Shown here piece by piece: positions 19,555-26,686 of a DNA stretch of 64,000 nt. The position numbers were made by a program, and so were the translations under genes. The notes beneath the pieces are model-generated. The model searched no databases. It saw nothing but the letters and a program-made list of their open reading frames with translations, and was not told the DNA's origin. The DNA lies in contig JAQQAL010000022.1 of NCBI GenBank assembly GCA_028532855.1, positions 4,844 through 68,843 of the forward strand. The letters run 5' to 3'. The stretch comes from Candidatus Thalassospirochaeta sargassi (GTDB lineage: Bacteria > Spirochaetota > Spirochaetia > UBA9216). The number at the start of each line of letters is the position of its first letter. The first letter of the stretch is position 1.

Positions 19555-20417
19555 TTGCGCGGGAATGTATTCTTTATTTCCGGTACTGATTCATACTTAT
19601 CGAATAGATCCTTTATTTCAGAGCTCCATGAACTTCCGGCACCAATTACTGATAATAGATAGTTACATATAGTTAATGCCGTAAAAACGTTGCTGTTCGA
19701 TATTCTCACAGGGCTGAACCATTCCGGATGTTTCCTTTCTCTCGGAAGTTTAAAGCTGTAACCCAGGCGTCTGTTATATAATCTTGAATGATGTGCGCAG
19801 ATATTCCGGATGCTGTTTATGCCTACTATCCATGATGACAGAACCTGATCAGGAACACCGAAGTCTTTGGCGATTGTCTGTTTCAGGCTATTGGATACGC
19901 CCCGGTATAGACTTACTATTGAGCCGAATGTCATGATTTCAACGGCCATCCATAAAGGCGGTTCTTTATGTATGTCGCCGTATTTATTCATGAAATGCCG
20001 GATAAACTCTTCACGACTTCTTTCAGTTTCTTTATGGATATTCTCTATTAGTTGTATACGCCTATAGTCTTCAAGTTCAGGTAATGCGGATTTATCAGTA
20101 TAGGCAAAGGGTCCGTTAGCCATGCTGAAGTGATAGGCTATTACTGATCTGAACGATACTTCAATCTTGTCTATGGCTGAAAGAAGATGATTTCTGAGTT
20201 TCTGATCATATTCACATATTGTGAGGATTTTTTCCAAATTAATAGATGAACTATATCTTTCATCCGGTCTTCTGAATGGATATAGATAACCGGTTAGTCG
20301 GTAGTAATTGTTATATCTCAAATATTCAAGCAACTTTTCTTTATCCGCTATAAATCCGCGGGAAATGAGTAAATCTGCTTGATCATTGATGGTTAACGGA
20401 GGTTTTGAATAGATCAT
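19527..20417 (-). CDS. Abi_2 (AbiD/AbiF-like) abortive-infection protein with a HEPN motif
   Basis: N-terminus KPPLTINDQADLLISRGF...YNNYYRLTGYLYPF and HEPN signature RNICAHHSRLYN (R-x4-H-H-x-R-L-[WY]-N). It overlaps the hsdM start by 28 nt. Confidence 0.75.
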   Translation of the reverse strand: MIYSKPPLTINDQADLLISRGFIADKEKLLEYLRYNNYYRLTGYLYPFRRPDERYSSSINLEKILTICEYDQKLRNHLLSAIDKIEVSFRSVIAYHFSMANGPFAYTDKSALPELEDYRRIQLIENIHKETERSREEFIRHFMNKYGDIHKEPPLWMAVEIMTFGSIVSLYRGVSNSLKQTIAKDFGVPDQVLSSWIVGINSIRNICAHHSRLYNRRLGYSFKLPRERKHPEWFSPVRISNSNVFTALTICNYLLSVIGAGSSWSSEIKDLFDKYESVPEIKNTFPRNWQQSKLWT

Positions 20418-20490
20418 GATAAACCTCCGGATAAAAAAACACCCGCCGAATTACGCTTGCAAAGCAGAGGCGCGGCAGGTTTGCTATAAT

Positions 20491-20519
20491 TAATATAATC
20501 CGAAAACGAGCGACTGTCA
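20491..20519 (-). promoter_or_regulatory. Putative sigma70-like promoter for the abi-hsdM-hsdS-orf-hsdR-ygjP operon
   Basis: On the minus strand: TTGACA, a 17-nt spacer, then TATATT. It lies ~75 nt upstream of the Abi ATG. Confidence 0.4.
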
Positions 20520-20558
20520 ACTTTTGGTAAGCTGAAATTAAGTAATAATCCTGTCATT

Positions 20559-21137
20559 TTAACTGTTTAATCCTTTTAAGATAATACTTTCAAGTAATTG
20601 TTGTTTTTTAGCATACAATTCATCCATAATCTGTTTTTCATGATTAACCGATTTTACTAATTCGGCAAAAATGTGAATGTCATTATCATTCGGCAATGGA
20701 ATTGTACAATTTTCCAGTACTCTCCGATTTACATTTATGAGTAAACTCGCTCCTGCATTCTTCCTGAAGTAATGTTGACCGGGCGACGAATTAATATACC
20801 ATGCTATGTATTCGGCAGGTAGATTGCTTTGGGGTGTTAAAACGGAAAATTGTTGTCCTGCAGCTGTATTCTTATCAACAGTTGATATCGGAACTGCAAA
20901 AATCCTTGTTCCCCGGCCGCAGAAGACGACATCGTTAGGTTTTAAAAAATCAGGCAAGCTTAAACCGACTTGGTTTATGCGAACCAGTTCTCCCCAATTT
21001 ATGCCTTCGGGGCTTGCATCTTTCATTTGAATGATGGAAAAGGCACCGTCAGGATCTTCGATTAATCTTCCCCTCACTGCATATCCGGTACGAATTTTGG
21101 TAATTTCTTTGAGTGGAACGTGTTTTAATTCCTTCAT
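20559..21137 (-). CDS. Orphan half-HsdS (single target-recognition domain plus conserved C-terminal helix)
   Basis: 192 aa with TRD-like LKEITKIRTGYAVRG...VVFCGRGTRIFAV and a C-terminus HEKQIMDELYAKKQQLLESIILKGL resembling the HsdS conserved repeat. Confidence 0.65.
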   Translation of the reverse strand: MKELKHVPLKEITKIRTGYAVRGRLIEDPDGAFSIIQMKDASPEGINWGELVRINQVGLSLPDFLKPNDVVFCGRGTRIFAVPISTVDKNTAAGQQFSVLTPQSNLPAEYIAWYINSSPGQHYFRKNAGASLLINVNRRVLENCTIPLPNDNDIHIFAELVKSVNHEKQIMDELYAKKQQLLESIILKGLNS

Positions 21138-21269
21138 TTATACTGATTTTACTCATGTTAATGCATTATGTCAATGAATAAGTGTTTTATTACATAATTT
21201 ATGCTTGACGTTTGAATTGTTTGGAATTATATTCCAATCATAAGATTTGTCATTGTAAAAAACGTAATC

Positions 21270-21949
21270 ATGCAGCTTCCAGACATTCAATCAAAAAATA
21301 TCCGGAGAAGGAGAATATTGATGGATATCTCAAAACAAGAATATTTAGAAAATGTACTTTCCTCATACAGAATGAGGCACATTAGTCGGCTTGTAGAAAA
21401 GCATAGAACCAGACGCGACGAGATTAAGGAGTATCTTGAAGCACATTATGGAGGGAAAATCTACAATCCGATGAATTCAGGCTCTTTTGCAAAGCATACT
21501 GCAATAAACAGTAAATTTGATCTGGATCTCGTTGTTCCTTTTAAGCGTGATTCATTTGATACTTTGGAGGGGATGTTCAAAGACATATTCAAATTGTTGA
21601 ATGCTGCCTACAAAAATCGTGCTGTTGTCAGAAAGCAAAAGGTTTCCATTGGTATTGAATTTTATGCAGATAATGACGGTGATGAAATCAGTATCGATGT
21701 AGTACCGGGGAGAGAACTGGAACAGGATAAATATCCCGATAACTATAATTTAAATCTATTTGTGAATTCCCGCTACGGAACTATAGAAGAGAAGAATTTT
21801 CTGAAAACTAACATTAAGGCTCAAATTGAATATATCAAGGCTCGTGACAATGAAAGAAAAGTAATCAGATTGCTTAAAGTCTGGAAAAACAGGCATAATC
21901 GCCCGTATAAATCATTTTTATTGGAACTGCTCACGATTAAGGCTTTTGA
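21270..21949 (+). pseudogene. Pol-beta superfamily nucleotidyltransferase (cGAS/DncV/SMODS-like, or ANT-like), N-terminal 226 codons, disrupted by IS3 insertion; the C-terminal piece resumes in frame at 23148-23226
   Basis: Motifs GSFAKHTAINSKFDLDLVVPF (GS...DxD) and LKVWKNRHN...FLLELLTIKAF. Joining 21949 to 23148 restores the frame (..TIKAF-E-NDKTINKF...GG*). Confidence 0.6.
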
Positions 21950-21966
21950 TGACCTTACCCCCAGAT

Positions 21967-22794
21967 TCATCCACTTACACTTAGAGGTTCCGGCATTTTT
22001 CCTGCTTCAAACTTATCCCGAAATTCATTCGGTGACAAGTTCCCTAATGAACTATGCGGCCTAATTGTGTTATATTCATGCCGCCAATTTTCAATAATTT
22101 TCCTGGCTTCATTTAGGTTTGGAAACCAATTCATATTTAAACAATCATCCCTAAACCGACCATTGAAACTTTCTATGAAACAGTTTTCAATCGGCTTTCC
22201 GGGAGTGATAAAAGTTAATTTAATCCCTTTTGAATAACACCAGCTATCAAGGATTCTGCTTATAAATTCCGGTCCATTATCACATAATATAAAATCTGGA
22301 AATCCTCGCAATAAACCTATTCTTTCCAATGTTGCTGCTACTCTTCTTCCTGGCAATGATGAATCAACTTCGATAGCGAGTGCTTCTCTTGTAAACTCAT
22401 CAATCACATTAAAAGTACGAAATCTTCTACCACCGGCAATACTATCTGATACAAAATCCATTGACCATTTTTCATTCGGTCGAACAGGAGCATCCGGCCG
22501 TTCCCTGTTCTCAGAGCGAATCCTTCTTTTTCGTTTGCGACGCAGGCTTAATTCTTCTTCACGATAGATTCTCTCAACTTTCTTGTGATTTACTTTTACG
22601 CCTTCACGTCTTAAAAGAACATGAATTCTTGGGCTTCCATATCTCGGATATCTTCTTGCAAGAAATTTAATCCGTTCTCTGAGTTCTGTTTCTTCATGTC
22701 CTTTCTTTTCGTATCTGAAAGTGCTGCGATTAAGATGCGAGAGTTTGCATGCTCGTCGTTCAGATAGCCCGAAGTTATTGATTAGACGGTTCAC
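21967..22794 (-). CDS. IS3 transposase OrfB (DDE/rve integrase core)
   Basis: WSMDFVSDS...NVIDEFTREAL...CDNGPEF...NCFIESFNGRFRDDCLN; typical IS3 catalytic domain. Confidence 0.85.
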   Translation of the reverse strand: MNRLINNFGLSERRACKLSHLNRSTFRYEKKGHEETELRERIKFLARRYPRYGSPRIHVLLRREGVKVNHKKVERIYREEELSLRRKRKRRIRSENRERPDAPVRPNEKWSMDFVSDSIAGGRRFRTFNVIDEFTREALAIEVDSSLPGRRVAATLERIGLLRGFPDFILCDNGPEFISRILDSWCYSKGIKLTFITPGKPIENCFIESFNGRFRDDCLNMNWFPNLNEARKIIENWRHEYNTIRPHSSLGNLSPNEFRDKFEAGKMPEPLSVSG

Positions 22795-22805
22795 CGCTGT
22801 TCGTT

Positions 22806-23078
22806 TTACTTCGGGCTGCAGTAGTTTTTTACTAAATCATTTAAAGCAAGAATATCAAGAGCCTGATCTGCTACCAGCCGTTTTAGTTTCTGGTTTTCAG
22901 ATTCCAGTTCTTTAAGCCTTTTAACATCGCTGATCTGCATCCCACCATATTTACTTTTCCAATTGTAATAGGTTGCATCGCTTATTTCATACTTGCGACA
23001 GACATCAAGAACCTTCGCTCCTGCGATTACCTCATTCAAAATCTGGACAATTTTCTCTTCTGAATACTTTGTTTTCAT
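22806..23078 (-). CDS. IS3 transposase OrfA (HTH plus leucine zipper)
   Basis: MKTKYSEEKIVQILNE...ATYYNWKSKY...LKELESENQKLKRLVADQ; ends at the frameshift site. Confidence 0.85.
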   Translation of the reverse strand: MKTKYSEEKIVQILNEVIAGAKVLDVCRKYEISDATYYNWKSKYGGMQISDVKRLKELESENQKLKRLVADQALDILALNDLVKNYCSPK

Positions 23079-23147
23079 CCTGACCTCTCCTTAATTTTCG
23101 GCCGGATTACTAAGCTGCTTTTGGACTAATTTTAAGGGGAAAGGTCA

Positions 23148-23226
23148 GAATGATAAGACAATCAATAAATTTCTAATATATGAGTGTACAATTAATGGCA
23201 TATGTAAATCATGGAAAGGAGGATAA
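23148..23226 (+). pseudogene. C-terminal remnant of the IS-disrupted nucleotidyltransferase
   Basis: In-frame continuation NDKTINKFLIYECTINGICKSWKGG* immediately after the IS right end. Confidence 0.5.
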
Positions 23227-23337
23227 TTTGCCAGCGATGGAGATGACCGCAATGGATCAGAAGAAAGAATTTATTCTACTCTGGAAATCCGGGCAGTATA
23301 GTTTCAGTCGGAAAACACAAAAGATAAATTCCGAATA

Positions 23338-23398
23338 TCAATAGACTTGGAGCAGTCTTAGCTATTGTTGCGAAAAATTTGCTTGCGAAAATCTGCGT
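23338..23398 (+). repeat. Truncated attC (5' half only)
   Basis: acttggagcagtcttagctattgttgcgaaaaatttgcttgcgaaaatctgcg matches the 5' arm and variable hairpin of attC3/6/7. It lacks the conserved 3' arm cgccaatgccc...gtcGTTA. Confidence 0.75.
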
Positions 23399-23418
23399 GA
23401 ATAATATGTAGAAAATTA

Positions 23419-24249
23419 CTATATGGGCTTTTTGACATTCTTCAGCTTAATCTTGCGAATAAGAATGCAGATTAGAAATTCAGCAGTTAATGCCAGAACA
23501 ATAGACGGACCGGAAGATAGATCTATATAGAAGGATACATAGAATCCTATTATAGTCGCTAAACCAGCCAAAAGTAGAGAAAGGCCAATTATGCTCGGTA
23601 GACGCCTGGATACTAAAGAGGCTGAGGCGCCTGGGGTTACCAAAAGTGCCAAAACCAGTACAACACCAACCGTTTGAATAGCCACCACCGTTGTTAGTGC
23701 AAGCATAATCAATACGATATACCGCACTAACGCCGGCGACAAACCAATGGCTGTAGAATGAGCCGGATCAAATGATGCTGTGACAATTTCTTTAAAGGAT
23801 AGAAACGTACCTGCGATAACTATTACCGTTACGACAGCCATCATAATCAGATCCTGAGTTGAAACTCCAAGAATATTCCCGAAAAGGATATGAGAAAGAT
23901 CTGAGAAGGTTGCTACTCGGCTCAGCATTAAAATCCCTAACGCAAAGAATCCGGTAAAAACAACTCCTATTGCAGTGTCCTCCCGCAGATTACCTTTTGA
24001 AGAGATTAGACCTATACCTATAACGACGAAAGAAGCAGCACCCAATGCTCCCCATAGCAGCGATATCCCAAGTATATAGGCTACTACTATACCCGGCAGA
24101 ACTGAGTGAGCGAGTGCATCTCCCATAAAAGACATGCCACGCCATACAACAAAGGCGCTTAAAGTAGCGCAGGCTGCTGCGGTAAACAGGCCGCCAATTA
24201 ATCCTCGGAGAATGAATCCGTACTGGAGAGGCTCAATTATGAATTCCAT
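23419..24249 (-). CDS. Metal (Zn/Mn) ABC transporter permease
   Basis: 276-aa polytopic membrane protein of ZnuB/TroC-D type; overlaps the upstream ATPase gene. Confidence 0.8.
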   Translation of the reverse strand: MEFIIEPLQYGFILRGLIGGLFTAAACATLSAFVVWRGMSFMGDALAHSVLPGIVVAYILGISLLWGALGAASFVVIGIGLISSKGNLREDTAIGVVFTGFFALGILMLSRVATFSDLSHILFGNILGVSTQDLIMMAVVTVIVIAGTFLSFKEIVTASFDPAHSTAIGLSPALVRYIVLIMLALTTVVAIQTVGVVLVLALLVTPGASASLVSRRLPSIIGLSLLLAGLATIIGFYVSFYIDLSSGPSIVLALTAEFLICILIRKIKLKNVKKPI

Positions 24250-25049
24250 GGTTGGTAGTCCTTGTGAAACTCAAAGCCGTAGGCTTTGGCAATAGTATCT
24301 GGAGTAAGAACATCTTTAGGTGTTCCATCTGCAATAATTTTTTTATCAAGGAATATGGCCCGGCTGAAATGAACAGTCAGAACACCCAGATCGTGGGTAC
24401 TGACAATGACGGCCTTCTTATCCTGAACTGTGATTTTTTCCAGTGTATGGAAAATCAGTTCCTGGGTCTTGATATCTACATGGTTTAATGGTTCATCCAG
24501 AAGCATTAAATCTGCATCATGGGCCAAGGTGCGTGCAAGCATAACCCTCTGCTGTTGGCCGCCGGATAATTCACCGACCTGCCGGTCTGCCAGATTAGTT
24601 ATTTCCATTGTCTCCATAGCCGAATCAACTGCTTCATGATCTATCTTTCCTGGTCTTTTGAACCATCCCAGGTGGACGAACCGCCCCATCATAACAACTT
24701 GTCGAACAGTAACAGGAAAATTCCAGTCTACTGTTGATCGCTGTGGAACAATTGCCACCCGGTGAAGACACTGGGTGGCAGGATGACCATATACAACGAT
24801 ATTACCCCGTTCTAGTTTTTCTATACCGAGGATTAATTTAAGGAGGGTTGATTTCCCTGCTCCGTTTGGTCCTACCAGAGCAACCCGCTCACCCGGCTGA
24901 ACCTCCAGTGAAACATTTTGAAGAACATCCGCCTGATTCCCCGGATATCGGTGATAGAGATTATTGCAGCTCAATGCCGTGCTATGACTTTCAGCGGGAA
25001 GGTTACAAACTCCTCCGTAACCGAATCTGGAAAATATGGATGAAATCAT
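24237..25049 (-). CDS. Metal ABC transporter ATP-binding protein
   Basis: Walker A GPNGAGKSTLLK, signature LSGGQQQRV, Walker B LMLLDEP. Confidence 0.85.
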   Translation of the reverse strand: MISSIFSRFGYGGVCNLPAESHSTALSCNNLYHRYPGNQADVLQNVSLEVQPGERVALVGPNGAGKSTLLKLILGIEKLERGNIVVYGHPATQCLHRVAIVPQRSTVDWNFPVTVRQVVMMGRFVHLGWFKRPGKIDHEAVDSAMETMEITNLADRQVGELSGGQQQRVMLARTLAHDADLMLLDEPLNHVDIKTQELIFHTLEKITVQDKKAVIVSTHDLGVLTVHFSRAIFLDKKIIADGTPKDVLTPDTIAKAYGFEFHKDYQPWNS

Positions 25050-25061
25050 CGTATTCCTCTG

Positions 25062-26051
25062 TTACCTTGCTAAAGCTTCGACAATCTGCTCTGTGTTATA
25101 ACGGGCAAAGTCAAGATAGTCGGTTCCGCGTCCGTCCGCGGCCAGTGAACCGGTCAACAGACTAACAACCGGCAAAGGTCGGCTGGTTTCCTCCGCTACC
25201 GCATCTGCCATTTTTATCACATTTTGTCCTGCGGTTCCGCCGACAAAAATAGCACGTATATCATTTACCTCAACAATTTTTACCACTTCAGCGATATGCT
25301 TTGCCGAAGGATCAGCCTGATCGCTCATATGGGGCAGAAGATTTGCCATAATCGTGAAACCGTAATCATCTGCGAAATATTCAAACGATTCATGATCCAT
25401 CACAAGTTTGCGATCTTCAGGTTCTACTCGCTCAATAAGTTCCCGCATTTCAGCATCAAGAGCAAGAATCTTAGCTTCATAAGCCTCTCCATTTTCATGA
25501 TATAATTCAGCATTATCCGAATCTACGTCCTCAAGTGTTTCGACGATTTCATGAACCCAATGTACAACCTTTAGCGGCGAGAACCAGAAATGAGGATTCC
25601 CATCATGGTGATGATGGTCTGCTTCGTGTTCATCGTGATGGTCTGCTTCATGTTCATCGTGATGGTCTGCTTCGTGCTCATCATGATGGTCGGCTTCAGC
25701 AATAAGGCCGTGAGAAACTTCGACTATAATTGGTCCATCAAGATTTTCAAGAACCGGCAACAGCTCTTCTTCTAAACCCAGACCATTAACAAAAATAATA
25801 TCCGCTGACTCCATCGCCGCTATATTACGCGGGGTAGGGGTATAAGAGTGGGGGTTCTGCCCCAACGGCATCAGGACCGTTAACTCACCGTTATCCTGAA
25901 GAACCTGTTTCACAACGTCTCCGATGATATTTGTTGTTGCTACTACCTTTACTCCAGCCTGATCCTGCGAAGTACTCTCAGCATTCCCGTTTGCGAATAC
26001 CGTCAATGTTACAATCAGTAACAAAAATAAACCGAGGGATGCTTTTTTCAT
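25062..26051 (-). CDS. Periplasmic metal-binding protein (TroA/ZnuA cluster A-I) with a His-rich loop
   Basis: Signal peptide. His/Asp/Glu-rich insert HDEHEADHHDEHEADHHDEHEADHHHHDGNPH typical of ZnuA. Confidence 0.85.
   Translation of the reverse strand: MKKASLGLFLLLIVTLTVFANGNAESTSQDQAGVKVVATTNIIGDVVKQVLQDNGELTVLMPLGQNPHSYTPTPRNIAAMESADIIFVNGLGLEEELLPVLENLDGPIIVEVSHGLIAEADHHDEHEADHHDEHEADHHDEHEADHHHHDGNPHFWFSPLKVVHWVHEIVETLEDVDSDNAELYHENGEAYEAKILALDAEMRELIERVEPEDRKLVMDHESFEYFADDYGFTIMANLLPHMSDQADPSAKHIAEVVKIVEVNDIRAIFVGGTAGQNVIKMADAVAEETSRPLPVVSLLTGSLAADGRGTDYLDFARYNTEQIVEALAR
25603..25700 (-). repeat. 24-bp coding tandem repeat (~3.5 copies) encoding the (HEADHHDE)n His-rich loop
   Basis: gtgatggtctgcttcgtgttcatc repeated with minor variation. 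Confidence 0.8.
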
Positions 26052-26098
26052 TTTAAACTCCTATAAAGATTTTCTCACCACGAAGGGAGAGTATAAAA

Positions 26099-26126
26099 TT
26101 TGAAGTTTGACTTTTCAAACTTCAAA
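26099..26126. promoter_or_regulatory. 12-4-12 perfect palindrome, a candidate metalloregulator operator (or bidirectional hairpin), between the regulator gene and the metal-uptake operon
   Basis: TTTGAAGTTTGA-cttt-TCAAACTTCAAA, located ~50-75 nt upstream of the troA/znuA-like start. Confidence 0.5.
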
Positions 26127-26184
26127 ATGATAAAAATATAATGGAAAATATTTTTATCATTCCTACAATATAAATTCAGTTTTT

Positions 26185-26454
26185 TTACTGCACTTCATGG
26201 TCGCATACCAAATGTGTATTATTGCATTCGGTGCAGGTTTGAAGATGGTGATGTCGTGTGAATTCCTCCCAATGTTTCCGTTGTGCCGGATTCATCGTAC
26301 CCGTACCATTGCAGAGAGGACAGACATTACCCAATGCGGACAGTATTGCACCTCGAATAAAACTCGACCGGTTAGATATCCCGGACATTGCCTCTGACAA
26401 AGCCTCATCTACTTTAAAAGTAATGACTTCTGCTTTTGGTCCTTCACCCTTCAT
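26185..26454 (-). CDS. Small ribbon-helix-helix protein with a Cys/His-rich C-terminus; putative metal-responsive regulator
   Basis: RHH-like EVITFKVDEALSEAMSGISNRSSFIRGAILSAL, then CPLCNGTG...HHHLQTCTECNNTHLVCDH. It sits immediately upstream of the Zn/Mn uptake operon on the same strand. Confidence 0.55.
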   Translation of the reverse strand: MKGEGPKAEVITFKVDEALSEAMSGISNRSSFIRGAILSALGNVCPLCNGTGTMNPAQRKHWEEFTRHHHLQTCTECNNTHLVCDHEVQ

Positions 26455-26686
26455 AATTACCTGCCGTATTACTTAATATTGTAATAACATAATACTAAGT
26501 AATACCAAGGTCAAGAGTATTCGTGAATTTTAATATAGAAAAACTGCACAGTGCGGTATCGAACAGTTAATGGTTGCATGGATATGTAATTAGATTTATT
26601 ATTAAACATAAGTGTTCTATCGCAGGAAATGGAGCAGTGTCATTCTATATCCTTTGACAACAGACATTATTGAGCAGGAGATTTAA

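Larger units (their letters stand above)
21950..23147 (-). mobile_element. IS3-family insertion sequence (~1.2 kb), apparently intact
   Basis: Terminal inverted repeats TGACCTTaCCCC (left) and TGACCTTtCCCC (right, reverse complement). OrfA and OrfB carry an A_AAA_AAC -1 frameshift heptamer (plus strand gtttttt at 22824-22830). Confidence 0.8.

Noticed and set aside
16720-21137. Phase-variable hsdS shufflon between hsdS and the orphan hsdS'
   Set aside because: By eye there are no extended inverted or direct nucleotide repeats shared by the two genes, and no site-specific recombinase is nearby. The proteins share only the generic conserved helix.
25590-25700. CRISPR-like or non-coding repeat array
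   Set aside because: The repeats are in frame inside the metal-binding protein gene and encode its His-rich loop. There are no spacers or cas genes.
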